This document shows positions 1-9,017 of a DNA stretch of 32,000 bases, one piece after another (the stretch's first letter is position 1; every line of letters starts with the position of its first letter). The stretch is from Synechocystis sp. PCC 6803 substr. PCC-P (GTDB lineage: Bacteria; Cyanobacteriota; Cyanobacteriia; Cyanobacteriales; Microcystaceae): assembly GCF_000284455.1 (NCBI RefSeq), contig NC_017039.1:1500001-1532000 (forward strand), in the 5' to 3' direction. The notes below the pieces were generated by a model, which was given only the letters and a program-made list of their open reading frames with translations, was not told where the DNA came from and searched no databases. The position numbers and the translations under genes were made by a program.

Positions 1-3000
1 TTTGGCTAAGGGACCAAGGGGTAGTTGATGGAGTTGAATTTCTCCCTGTTGGCCCTGGGGTCCCAGTGACCCTGTTACCCGCAAAAATCGATCGCCACTT
101 CGTAGTTCCAGGGGAGCAAAGCTAAGATTATCCCCCTGCCAGCGCCCCGCCAATTGCAATTGCCCCAGCCCATGGTCGCCCCACTGCCAATCTTGGCCCC
201 AAAGGTTAAAGTTGGCCGCCAGGGGAGAGTCTTCCCGTTTCTCCACGGTAATTTTGCCCTGCAGTTGTCCCCGCAGTTGGTCTAAATCTGGTACAGGTTC
301 ATGATTGGTCTCCGTTGGGGCCAAGCTAGCTTCACTCTGGGCCAGTTGATTAAATTGAGTGGCCAGATCATCCAAGGCATTGCCCACACTAACCAGCGGT
401 GGCAAATTTTCTTGGTCTAAATCTTTGCCTATTTCACCGTATAAATCCTTAGCAGTACCGTAAATGGGGGGCTGAAAACCCCGGCCAAAATCTTCCCAGG
501 TGAACAGTTGCAGAGCCGTTAAAACATCTTCAATCCGGCTTTGACGGAAACTAATTTCCCCGCCCCACTGGGGTTGATCGCCTTGGAAATTGGCTTGCCC
601 CTGCACTAAAACTGTACTCTGGCCATGGCGCAAACGACCATTGTCCACCGTTAGTTGCCCCTGGCCGTAGCGAAAATTGCCGGTTAAATCCTGGGCGCTA
701 AAATTACCCCAACGGGGTTGCTTGATATTAACCCTAGTGGCGATCGCCGTTTTTTGGGCCAGGTCAAGCTGAAAATGCCCCGACAATTGTCCTCCCCAAG
801 GTTGGCTCTGGAGTTTGGCCAAGGAATCCGTTAAAGATTTGTCGCCATTGGGAACAAGGGTAAGGGCTAAGGGCAGACTATTTTGCAAAGCCTCTAGGGG
901 TAAGGAATGGGCTGTTAAAGACCATTGGTCAGCCTGTTTTTGCCCTGCCAGTTGCCATGGTCCCCGCTTAAATAACACCGCCGTTGGTTGGTGCTTGGGG
1001 TCTAAACTGAGGCGAATTTGTTCCCCTTCTCCCTGGAGAGCCAACTGTAATCCCTGCGGATCTTTTTCCGCCTCACCCCTTAAACGGGAGGCAAATTTAA
1101 ATTCCCCTAACTGCAAATGGTTCACTGCCAATTGCCCTTGCCATAAAGGTTGCCCACCGGAGCCAGTCACATCTCCCTTGAAATCTAAATTTCCCGCCAA
1201 CGGAGCCCCTGGGGGAGTGGGAATAATTTTGGCTAGGGGTAACCCAGTAGCCTCCACCTGGAGGTCCATAGCCTTGATTGCCGCTTGGAAATCAAAACCG
1301 GTTTTAACCCCAGCAATGGCAATTTGTAGATTTCCCCGGGCGTTTAAACCCTTGCTACGGAGTTGGCTTAACTTAAGCTGGGAGCCTTGCCAGTCAAAGG
1401 CGATCGCCACGGGGTCGGATAATAATTGCCAACCCTGGGAGCTAATTAAATTTCCTGTTAAGTTCGTCAACTGAGCCGTTTCCCCAGTCCACCGCCCGGT
1501 TAGACTCAATTTTCCCGCCACCTGCCCCGGTTGACCAATGCGCAAAGCCTGCCAATCTATGCCCTCCGAGTTGAGTTGGGCAGTGAAGTTTTCCTCCCCT
1601 ACACTGAATTTTTCAATGTTTACTGTCCCCTGGGGGGAATGCCATTGCCCAGCCCCGGCTAAATCCCATTGCGGCAGAGGTTGGTCTAGTTCTCCCTTGC
1701 CAGTCCAGTTCCCAGCCAAAGTTCCCGACCAGGATTGATCCATACCGGGCAGGGTTGCCAGGGAAATATTTTTCGCCACAAAAACCCCTTGCCATTGTTT
1801 ACCCTGGAGTTGAAATTGGTCGATCGCCACGGTGCCCTGGGGTAGAGTTACTTGCCCTTGACCCTGTAGCTGCAATGGTGACTGGTCTTGCTGATTGCCC
1901 TCAGCCCACACCTGGGCTTGCAATTTGCCCTGCTTGAAACTGTCTGGGATTGATGCCGTGTCGAAAGTGCTAAGGGATAAATTCTGCAGTTGAAAATTGC
2001 CTTGCCATTGCCCTCCCTGGTAGGCAAAATCGTTGGTTTTAACCAATCCCCCTGCGAGGGCAACATCAGCTTGGGCCTGGGCCTGCCAAGTAGGAGGTTC
2101 AGATAATTTTCCTGTGATTTGGGCTTGCCCTGATAGGGGTAAAACGGGTGGTAATTGGGCACTTAAATCCCCCTCTAACCAGGGTTGCACATCAACTTTG
2201 TCAGCCTGAATATGCAGTTGGAACGGTTGCCAATCCAGTTTATTTCCTTGTCTGTGGGCTTGAATTTGCCCCGATCCGGTTAGGTTACCGCCGCTGTGGG
2301 GTGAAGCCTGAAAATGTTTCACCACCACCCGATCGCCTTCTAGGTTGACGTTGGCTTGGAAATCATCTAGGGCTAAGTTTTCAATCTGGAGGGAATTTTT
2401 ACCTGCTTTTTGTAGGGCGACGTTAATTTGCGGATTTTCGAGAGGCCCTTGAATGGTGACCGTGGAACTTAATTGACCACTGATGGGCATGGTGGCCGGG
2501 GGAAACTGTAGCCCCTGGAAAATTTTGTTGACTTCCAACGGTGCGGTGGCGATCGCCAGGTTAAAGCCATCCTGCCAGTCAATGTGACCCTTGCTTTGGG
2601 CTTGAATTTCTCCCAATTGTCCTTTCACTTGTCCCAGTTGAATTTTGCGACCTTGGAAAGTTAGAGGGCCATTAATGGCAGTTAAGGGGCGGGCCAGTTG
2701 GGGCAGTTGCAAACTAGCTTGGTGTAAATCCACCTCCCCATCCAGGGAAGCCAGTTGTTGATCCTCAACGGCGATCGCCAAGTCACTGTCTAGGGTACCC
2801 CTTTGAAAATTCAGCGGTAGGGGCAAAATTTGCTTGAGGGCGGTGAGGGGTAAATGGCGACTTTTGACCTGGAGTTGCCAGCGTTCCTGGGCTGGGTCAA
2901 TCGTTCCCTCCAAATTTAGGTAACTGTGGCGCTCCACCAGGGGTAACAGTTGACCTTGGAGACGAAAACGGAAAAGCTCTTGGTTCGACCCTTGCCAAAA

Positions 3001-3576
3001 TTGGGCATCATTTAACCGTAATTGAATGGGTTGATTGAGAGCTTGGTGACCGTTGCGACTAACCACCGTGCCCCGACCCCGACGAACAATTAATTTTTCC
3101 AGTTGGAAGGGAAAATCTTCCGCTAATTGCCCCATCTCTGTATGCCACCACTGCCCTGATCGCCCCTGTTCAAAATAGGCTTGGGGTTCCATGGCGGTGA
3201 TGGTCAGCCCGAGATGTTCATCTTGGAGATATTGCCAGGGGTTATAGCTAATCTTTAAACTTTGGAGTTGTACCCAGTTGGGGTCGGTGGCTGTAGCCGG
3301 AATGCTAGTGGCACCAAATTCTAGATGGGTGAGGGAAACACTGGTTAATGGCCCCAACTCCACCGGACGATTCAAGAAATGTTCCACCGCTTGCCCCACC
3401 AAGGGAGACACATTTCGTTGCACCCAATAATGACCGTAGGTCACCCCCCCGGCGATCGCCACTACCACGCCACTGCTAAAGCCCACCACCATTGCCCAGG
3501 GGAAAACCGCCCTGGAATGCTCTGCTAACCGGGGCACCCCCAAGGGGGACTCAGACTTTTGGCGATCGGTGACCAT
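1..3576 (-). CDS. TamB/AsmA-like translocation-and-assembly-module protein, N-terminal ~1190 codons (3' end runs off the window)
   Basis: Hand translation from the ATG at 3576 (in-frame TGA 15 nt upstream) stays open to position 1. It is absent from the ORF track because there is no stop in the window. The N-terminus MVTDRQKSES... has one TM anchor (AVFPWAMVVGFSSGVVVAIAGGV), then ...LNRPVELGPLTSVSLTHLEFGATSIPATATDPNWVQL... and long Gly/Leu/Gln-rich beta-type repeats, as I recall for cyanobacterial TamB/Tic236 homologues. All + strand ORFs in this region are short shadows. Confidence 0.7.
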   Translation of the reverse strand, partial: MVTDRQKSESPLGVPRLAEHSRAVFPWAMVVGFSSGVVVAIAGGVTYGHYWVQRNVSPLVGQAVEHFLNRPVELGPLTSVSLTHLEFGATSIPATATDPNWVQLQSLKISYNPWQYLQDEHLGLTITAMEPQAYFEQGRSGQWWHTEMGQLAEDFPFQLEKLIVRRGRGTVVSRNGHQALNQPIQLRLNDAQFWQGSNQELFRFRLQGQLLPLVERHSYLNLEGTIDPAQERWQLQVKSRHLPLTALKQILPLPLNFQRGTLDSDLAIAVEDQQLASLDGEVDLHQASLQLPQLARPLTAINGPLTFQGRKIQLGQVKGQLGEIQAQSKGHIDWQDGFNLAIATAPLEVNKIFQGLQFPPATMPISGQLSSTVTIQGPLENPQINVALQKAGKNSLQIENLALDDFQANVNLEGDRVVVKHFQASPHSGGNLTGSGQIQAHRQGNKLDWQPFQLHIQADKVDVQPWLEGDLSAQLPPVLPLSGQAQITGKLSEPPTWQAQAQADVALAGGLVKTNDFAYQGGQWQGNFQLQNLSLSTFDTASIPDSFKQGKLQAQVWAEGNQQDQSPLQLQGQGQVTLPQGTVAIDQFQLQGKQWQGVFVAKNISLATLPGMDQSWSGTLAGNWTGKGELDQPLPQWDLAGAGQWHSPQGTVNIEKFSVGEENFTAQLNSEGIDWQALRIGQPGQVAGKLSLTGRWTGETAQLTNLTGNLISSQGWQLLSDPVAIAFDWQGSQLKLSQLRSKGLNARGNLQIAIAGVKTGFDFQAAIKAMDLQVEATGLPLAKIIPTPPGAPLAGNLDFKGDVTGSGGQPLWQGQLAVNHLQLGEFKFASRLRGEAEKDPQGLQLALQGEGEQIRLSLDPKHQPTAVLFKRGPWQLAGQKQADQWSLTAHSLPLEALQNSLPLALTLVPNGDKSLTDSLAKLQSQPWGGQLSGHFQLDLAQKTAIATRVNIKQPRWGNFSAQDLTGNFRYGQGQLTVDNGRLRHGQSTVLVQGQANFQGDQPQWGGEISFRQSRIEDVLTALQLFTWEDFGRGFQPPIYGTAKDLYGEIGKDLDQENLPPLVSVGNALDDLATQFNQLAQSEASLAPTETNHEPVPDLDQLRGQLQGKITVEKREDSPLAANFNLWGQDWQWGDHGLGQLQLAGRWQGDNLSFAPLELRSGDRFLRVTGSLGPQGQQGEIQLHQLPLGPLAK

Positions 3577-3845
3577 AATTTCAGGCGCTATTCATTCCCC
3601 ACAACCACCCTGTTAGGCTAACACTAGCCAGCAAAATCCTGGGCAAACCAGATCCAATTCATCTTAGTCATACCATCACCACCAGGGAGACGGAGTAGAA
3701 CCTTGCTCTTGTTCCTTTTACCCTAGTTTTTCTGCGCCGATATTGGCGCGGGAGAGTTGATCAATCCTGCTGATCAATCTGAATCAACAATGATTTCCCA
3801 CCATAAATAGTCCAGCACTGTTCTAGACCGAAGGCTAAACTAGGG

Positions 3846-5798
3846 CTAAATTTGCAAAATTCCCTCGGGCATCACCGTTAACAATTCCCGCCGTTGCAAA
3901 CCCTCTTGATGACAAATGGCGTTGGCTGATAATAGCCCACTGCTGATGGCCCGCTCCATCAAACCGCAGGGAAAGGGCATTTTCACCCAATCCCCAGCGA
4001 ACAAAAGATTGGCCACCGGAGTTTCCGTCTCCGGGCGATCGCCGTAGCTGTTGGGGGGAAAACCGGAGAAATTTTTCTGGTTAACCAATTCCCGGTGTAG
4101 GAGTTTTGCCGTAGCTAACGAGGGGACAATTTCGTACAATTCCTGCTCAAAGGTGGCTAACAAATCCCCCTGGGTGGGGAACTCTTTTTCTTTGTAGCAA
4201 TAGGCGTGTAACTCCACCACACTGCCCCCGGTGCGTTCCGCCCAGGCAATAAATTGATTTTGGATTCGGTGATAAAGGGTAATGCTATCGGTTAAACGGT
4301 AACCGGATAGGGAGGCGAAGTTACTGTGGGGCCATTCAAAATCTTGATCAAACCAAAACCGGGCCACTGCAAAGGGATCCGCCACCGCTAGGTTTTTCAC
4401 CTGTTGGACAAATTGGGGATTAACATCTCCCCCCAGGCGATCGGCCAGGTTTTTCATGCCCACTACATCCGCCGCCAGCACATAATAATCTGCTTTGAGG
4501 GTTTGCGCCGGTGGTTTGTCCTTGGTGCGGGACACCAACTGTACTTCCGTGGCACTACTTCCCGGTTTAACCGCAAACTTGGCTAAATTTCGCTTAGCTG
4601 GCCCTTGGATAACTTGACCATCCGCATCATACACAGCGCCATGGCAAGGACAGATAAATTGACCATTCTCCTGTTTGGCAACGGTGCAACCTTGATGGCT
4701 ACAGGTGAGGGATAGAGCTTCTTTTCCTTCTGGCTTAGCCCAATAAACCCGATCGCCAGCGCCATAGTAAACATTCCCCCCTGGGTTTGCCTGGGTAAGC
4801 AGATCATTGCGGGGCACAGTAAACGGCACATCGCTGACCGGATCATCCCCCTGCACATACTGGAGGGATTGGATTAAACCTTGGTCACAGTTAATCGCAC
4901 TAACGGTGGCTTCGGTGATGATTTGTCCGCCGTGGGCTTTGATGGATTCCACCATAGGCATGACCAAACTAGTCACCATATCGTCCTTGGTGCCATTAAA
5001 AGCTAGGCCTTCGGGATTACCGAAAAAGTAAAAATGGAAAAACTGCATCAATTCCCCCGCACTCAACACATCGGGGGCGTTCAAGCTAGATTTGGCAAAG
5101 GGTAGGAAGTAAAGATCGTACAAACCTTTGGGGAAACCCTTCGCCACCCAATCACTGACGGTGATGCTATCTAGTTGGTCATAGCTTTTGGGAATTTGAA
5201 AACCTGTAATGGCTCGAAAAACTTGCCAATGGGCAGGCTTGGTTAAATTAATGCCCCAGCGCAATCGGTTCGGGGAAGAAATGGTCAGATCGACAATATT
5301 CCAGGGAAAGGCGGAATGGCTAGGGCGAAACACCTCCGGCTCATAGCCCTCTTTAAAGACTAAAGAATAGAAATCAAGGGAACGAAAATTGTCGGCGATC
5401 GCCAATTCATTAACAATGCTTTTGAGGTTGTAATACTGGGGGAAAAAGCCGTGGAAACCGTGCTCCATCTGGAAAGTTTCTTCCCCCACCTGGATGGGCC
5501 AGCCCGCCACCTTGCCCCCTAAATTTGGCGATTTTTCCAAAAGGGTAACCTTAAAGCCCCGCTTGCTCAGTTCATAGGCTGAAGCTAAACCAGCTAAACC
5601 AGCTCCCACCACCACCACCGACTTTAGTTGGGACAAATATTGCGGCAAATCTAGGCGATCAGTATCGTACCGGGCCGGCTGGGGCTTAGCTAAACGGGAA
5701 TAACCAATGGCGCCCCCCAGGGTACCCACCCCTAAAAGCTTGAGCGCAGTACGACGGGAAACAACGGTGGAATTAGGATTGGGGGGTAATTCAGTCAT
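3846..5798 (-). CDS. FAD-dependent carotenoid-type desaturase/oxidoreductase with an embedded Rieske [2Fe-2S] domain and a Tat signal (sll0254-type; literature names CrtLdiox / CruE-CrtU-like)
   Basis: 650-aa ORF. Twin-arginine motif SRRTALKLLGVG at the N-terminus. Rossmann dinucleotide motif VVVVGAGLAGLASAYELSKRG. Rieske ligand boxes CSHQGC...CPCHG in the middle of the protein. The flanking sequence resembles amine-oxidase/phytoene-desaturase folds. Confidence 0.8.
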   Translation of the reverse strand: MTELPPNPNSTVVSRRTALKLLGVGTLGGAIGYSRLAKPQPARYDTDRLDLPQYLSQLKSVVVVGAGLAGLASAYELSKRGFKVTLLEKSPNLGGKVAGWPIQVGEETFQMEHGFHGFFPQYYNLKSIVNELAIADNFRSLDFYSLVFKEGYEPEVFRPSHSAFPWNIVDLTISSPNRLRWGINLTKPAHWQVFRAITGFQIPKSYDQLDSITVSDWVAKGFPKGLYDLYFLPFAKSSLNAPDVLSAGELMQFFHFYFFGNPEGLAFNGTKDDMVTSLVMPMVESIKAHGGQIITEATVSAINCDQGLIQSLQYVQGDDPVSDVPFTVPRNDLLTQANPGGNVYYGAGDRVYWAKPEGKEALSLTCSHQGCTVAKQENGQFICPCHGAVYDADGQVIQGPAKRNLAKFAVKPGSSATEVQLVSRTKDKPPAQTLKADYYVLAADVVGMKNLADRLGGDVNPQFVQQVKNLAVADPFAVARFWFDQDFEWPHSNFASLSGYRLTDSITLYHRIQNQFIAWAERTGGSVVELHAYCYKEKEFPTQGDLLATFEQELYEIVPSLATAKLLHRELVNQKNFSGFPPNSYGDRPETETPVANLLFAGDWVKMPFPCGLMERAISSGLLSANAICHQEGLQRRELLTVMPEGILQI

Positions 5799-5903
5799 GC
5801 AAAAGGCAGACGGTAAAAATAAGAGCTAGGGGGGCAGTAAATAGTTCAGCCCTGATTCTAATCGCTCTATCCCAAAACTTTCTACCCAAAACTCAATTTG
5901 AAT

Positions 5904-6347
5904 TTAGTCTTCGTCCTGGGGATTTTGATGGTCTTCGGCGGAATCGGGATCCAACTCCCAACGACGTTCATCCCTAGCCCCAAAGTTTCTCACTGTGGCC
6001 ACCGGCCTACCGTCCACACTGGCAATGCCCATGGATTGCAGTAATCCTTCCGTCACATTCTGATCGGGAGTAGGATTGTCGCCCCCCACGGCTTCTTCCC
6101 CTACCACTTCCGCTTGATACCAATTGTCATCGGGATCACCACCGCTGAGGTTGCCATTGTCCAGGTGGGGCATTCTCATTAATCTAACCACATGACCAAA
6201 ACCCGTATCTCGGTCAGTTAAACCATCAAAAAAAATGCCATCCTCTTCTGATCCTGTTAGATCTGCCAGCAAAAGTTGCTCAGAATTATCTTGTTCAGAA
6301 TCGAGATAATCATCACTACAATTGGCAAAATATTGATTGATATCCAT
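5904..6347 (-). CDS. Highly acidic hypothetical protein (~147 aa)
   Basis: The ORF is open up to 6443. A GAGGAGAG Shine-Dalgarno sits 8 nt upstream of the ATG at 6347 (MDINQYF...), and only 2 nt from the ATG at 6353, so 6347 is preferred. The protein is Asp/Glu-rich with no recognisable domain. Confidence 0.5.
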   Translation of the reverse strand: MDINQYFANCSDDYLDSEQDNSEQLLLADLTGSEEDGIFFDGLTDRDTGFGHVVRLMRMPHLDNGNLSGGDPDDNWYQAEVVGEEAVGGDNPTPDQNVTEGLLQSMGIASVDGRPVATVRNFGARDERRWELDPDSAEDHQNPQDED

Positions 6348-6508
6348 TTTCATCTCTCCTCTATTGCTAGAAGTTTTTCTAAAATATTGATTTTTTAATC
6401 TATTGTTATCGTAAATAAAAATGGGGATCATCGCAGTTTTCACAACAAATTCTTAACATTTGTCCCCCGTAAGAGTTACAATTTTTGCAGAAATTCTTAA
6501 CAGTTACC

Positions 6509-7120
6509 ATGGTCAATTCCCTGTCCGACGAGCAGTACAAAATTAAGATGCAAAAGCGCAAAGCTTTACAGGATGAGCGCATTGCCTCTGCTAAGGCAGA
6601 GAAAGGTCTGGTAATTGTTCACACCGGCAACGGCAAAGGAAAAACCACCGCCGCCCTGGGCATGGTGTTGCGGTCCCTGGGTCATGGTTATCGGGTAGGA
6701 ATTATTCAATTCATCAAAGGGGCCTGGGAACCGGCGGAAAAAGCGGCCTTTACCCCTTGGCAAGACCAATTAACTTTTTTGGCCCTGGGAGAAGGTTTTA
6801 CCTGGGAAACTCAAGACCGGCAACGGGACCAGGCGATCGCCCATGCAGCGTGGCAAAAAGCCCTGGAGTATATCCGCAATCCCGATTACCAACTAGTCCT
6901 ACTGGATGAGGTAAATGTGGCGTTAAAGCTGGGCTATCTGGACGTGGAAACAGTACTAGCCGGCCTGCAAGGGAAGCCGGAATCTAATCACGTTATTTTG
7001 ACAGGCCGGGGAGCACCCCAACCATTGATTGACCGGGCCGATTTAGTCACAGAAATGACCCTGATCAAACATCCTTTCCGGGAGCAAAATGTTAAGGCCC
7101 AACCCGGCATTGAGTTTTAG
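6509..7120 (+). CDS. cobO: Cob(I)yrinic acid a,c-diamide / cob(I)alamin adenosyltransferase (CobO/BtuR type)
   Basis: P-loop HTGNGKGKTTAALG, then IQFIKG...LLDE...TGR..., typical of the CobA/CobO/BtuR family. The ORF track begins at a TTG (6485); the first ATG is 6509. Confidence 0.85.
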   Translation: MVNSLSDEQYKIKMQKRKALQDERIASAKAEKGLVIVHTGNGKGKTTAALGMVLRSLGHGYRVGIIQFIKGAWEPAEKAAFTPWQDQLTFLALGEGFTWETQDRQRDQAIAHAAWQKALEYIRNPDYQLVLLDEVNVALKLGYLDVETVLAGLQGKPESNHVILTGRGAPQPLIDRADLVTEMTLIKHPFREQNVKAQPGIEF

Positions 7121-7198
7121 TCCCTGTACAGGAAGAATAGCGCCCTAACCCCTAGGGTAACCACTGAAAAAACTATTGAGGCAAGGGTTTAGGAAAAA

Positions 7199-7414
7199 CT
7201 AACTCAACTCTTCGGTGGAGCGACTAAGCATTGTTTCTTCCACATGCTTTTCCTGTTGCCGTTCCTCTGCTAACAATTCCCTGGCTTTCTCATCCAAGTC
7301 TTCCGCTACGGTTAGTTCGGTTTCCGCCGCCCGAGCCGCCATATTTTCATGAAGTTGCTGTTCGTTTTGACGCTCTTTGGCCAGAAGTTCACGGGCTTTA
7401 TCTTGGGTGCTCAT
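7199..7414 (-). CDS. Small charged coiled-coil protein (71 aa) with an internal repeat
   Basis: KARELLAKERQNEQQ / KARELLAEERQQEKH is duplicated within the ORF. Charged helical composition, no Shine-Dalgarno. A same-size antisense ORF on the + strand looks like a shadow. Confidence 0.45.
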   Translation of the reverse strand: MSTQDKARELLAKERQNEQQLHENMAARAAETELTVAEDLDEKARELLAEERQQEKHVEETMLSRSTEELS

Positions 7415-7509
7415 AGTTTTGCTGGGGGTGAGAAAACTGGAATAAGAAAATTGATTAGTAACTGCCTATACTTTATCGCCAAAACGGAAGCATCCGGGAA
7501 AGTAATCGC

Positions 7510-8694
7510 TCAGTTTTTTAACACTACCCGAGCCACTTCCACCCCAGGATAGTAACGATTGAGAATTTGCTGATAGTTATAACCCTGACGGGCTAGGTCG
7601 TAGGCTCCATACTGGCTCATGCCCCTCCCCTTATGTACCCGGGCCACAATTTCATCCGTAGAAGCATAGAGGGATTCCACCACACCACCGTTATGGCTCA
7701 ACACCTGGCCGAGGGTGGAAGTAACAGCATTGTGGGAAGGGCCCTGCTCACTGCCGATGCCCTTATAAACTTGCCATCTTTGGGTATCCCCCAGGTCAAA
7801 CCACTGGCTGGCGGGGCGTACCATATGGACCAGGGCATAGGAACGGGCGGCGATCGCCTGGGCTTTGAGGGCTTCGGTGGGGGCGGTGGAGTGCATTTCG
7901 CTACCGACTACACTGGTTAGATAATGTTCTAAGTTGACGTAGTTGACTGCCAAAACCTTGTCGCCCCTGGGCACTAACAACACCCGTCCCCGGTACCAAC
8001 GATCGCCTACGGCCAGGTAACCATTGGCGTCGGCCGTAAACCAGACTACGCCGGGAACAGAACGACCGTTAATCAGGAGACTGTTACCTTGGGCAGTGAC
8101 GTTAATTCCTTGGCCAGCATTGAGACTCATCAGCCCTTGGCCTTGGCGGTCCTGGAGATATCCTTGACTGGAAACGGCGATCGCCACACTGGGTACATCT
8201 CTTTGAATGCCGACCCGAATTTCCAACGGTGGGGGAGTGTAGTCCACTGGACTGGCCATGGGGGGCGGTGCTGGAGCTGTTTGGGGACTACCGGAGGCTG
8301 GGGATTGCGGGGCAGATGGAACCGAAGCGGTATTGGTATTTTGAACAGGGGCGCTGTTCCCAAGTGCCGGGAATGTAACAGCACGATTTGAAATATTACC
8401 CGCTGGCCCAGTGGGGGTTGCCGGGGCACTTTTCGCTAAATTTTCGGCAGTGATGGGACGGGGACTTTTTAAGCCCGAAGCCGGAGAACCAGGAGGGGAG
8501 GGAATTTGGCTCAGGGGCGGCAGGGTTTTAATCAATTCTTCCCCGGCCATGTCGGCCATTACTTCGGTACCGCTATTAGTTTTGCCATTGGCGATGGCAT
8601 TGGGGTCTTCCCCATAACCACTCCAAGCCAACAACAGAGGAATAGTACCAATGGAAGCGAGGGGAATTAGCATTAATGCCCATTTACGGGACAT
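7510..8694 (-). CDS. SpoIID/LytB-domain protein (cell-wall amidase enhancer / lytic transglycosylase family), secreted
   Basis: C-terminal SpoIID-type region (...EALKAQAIAARSYAL...VYKG...SHNGGVVESLYASTD...GMSQYGA). Signal/TM peptide MSRKWALMLIPLASIGTIPLLLAW follows the ATG at 8694, then a Pro/Ser/Ala-rich linker. The ORF is also open to the ATG at 8796 and to 8856, so the start is uncertain. Confidence 0.8.
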   Translation of the reverse strand: MSRKWALMLIPLASIGTIPLLLAWSGYGEDPNAIANGKTNSGTEVMADMAGEELIKTLPPLSQIPSPPGSPASGLKSPRPITAENLAKSAPATPTGPAGNISNRAVTFPALGNSAPVQNTNTASVPSAPQSPASGSPQTAPAPPPMASPVDYTPPPLEIRVGIQRDVPSVAIAVSSQGYLQDRQGQGLMSLNAGQGINVTAQGNSLLINGRSVPGVVWFTADANGYLAVGDRWYRGRVLLVPRGDKVLAVNYVNLEHYLTSVVGSEMHSTAPTEALKAQAIAARSYALVHMVRPASQWFDLGDTQRWQVYKGIGSEQGPSHNAVTSTLGQVLSHNGGVVESLYASTDEIVARVHKGRGMSQYGAYDLARQGYNYQQILNRYYPGVEVARVVLKN

Positions 8695-9017
8695 CGGCCA
8701 ACGGCCGGCGATCGCCTGAAAAGAAAAACTTTTAGAAGACTTAAGAGATTTGAATAACTTGAATAAAGGGAAGGGAAAGGACGTTAATTTTTTCATGCCA
8801 CCAGAAAAATTTTTCAAACCACACCCCGCTCCAGCCCATTGGAAGCAAAACAACAAAACTTTGAATATTGTAGGCCGGTTTCCCCCAAAAGGCCGGCGGG
8901 GATCACCAAAGAGCAGTAATGCCGCCTTGCCTCCCCAATGGCCATGCCATATGATTTGCTAAAGAGATTTTCTCATTAAAACCACACCACATCTCTGCCG
9001 ATAGCAGTTAACCGGGT

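Noticed and set aside
815-2348. Several + strand ORFs from the track (815-1474 at 219 aa, 1538-1738, 1755-1937, 2148-2348) and short minus-strand ORFs in other frames
   Set aside because: They lie antisense to, or out of frame with, the single long minus-strand reading frame (1-3576), which has a coherent TM anchor plus beta-repeat protein. Their products are Cys/Trp/Pro/Arg-rich nonsense typical of shadow ORFs.
3734-3749. GCGCC-N6-GGCGC hairpin downstream of the FAD/Rieske gene
   Set aside because: The stem is only 5 bp, and on the gene's strand it is followed by AGAAAAAC rather than a U-tract. That is insufficient to call a terminator.
6354-6508. Possible cobalamin riboswitch upstream of cobO
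   Set aside because: The region is only about 150 bp and AT-rich, and it lacks a B12-box-like GC-rich core or extended pairing.
6485-6508. N-terminal extensions in the ORF track that start at TTG/GTG (cobO 6485; 10697; 21994; 14630; 8856; 6443)
   Set aside because: In each case a downstream ATG gives a more plausible N-terminus (signal peptide, conserved motif spacing or Shine-Dalgarno position). The longer versions were not adopted, although the true starts remain unverified.
7633-8617. ORFs of 68-100 aa on both strands inside the SpoIID-like gene (7633-7920, 8089-8391, 8130-8429, 8411-8617)
   Set aside because: They overlap the Pro/Ser/Ala/Gly-rich linker of the real gene, where stop codons are rare in all frames. 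No independent signals support them.
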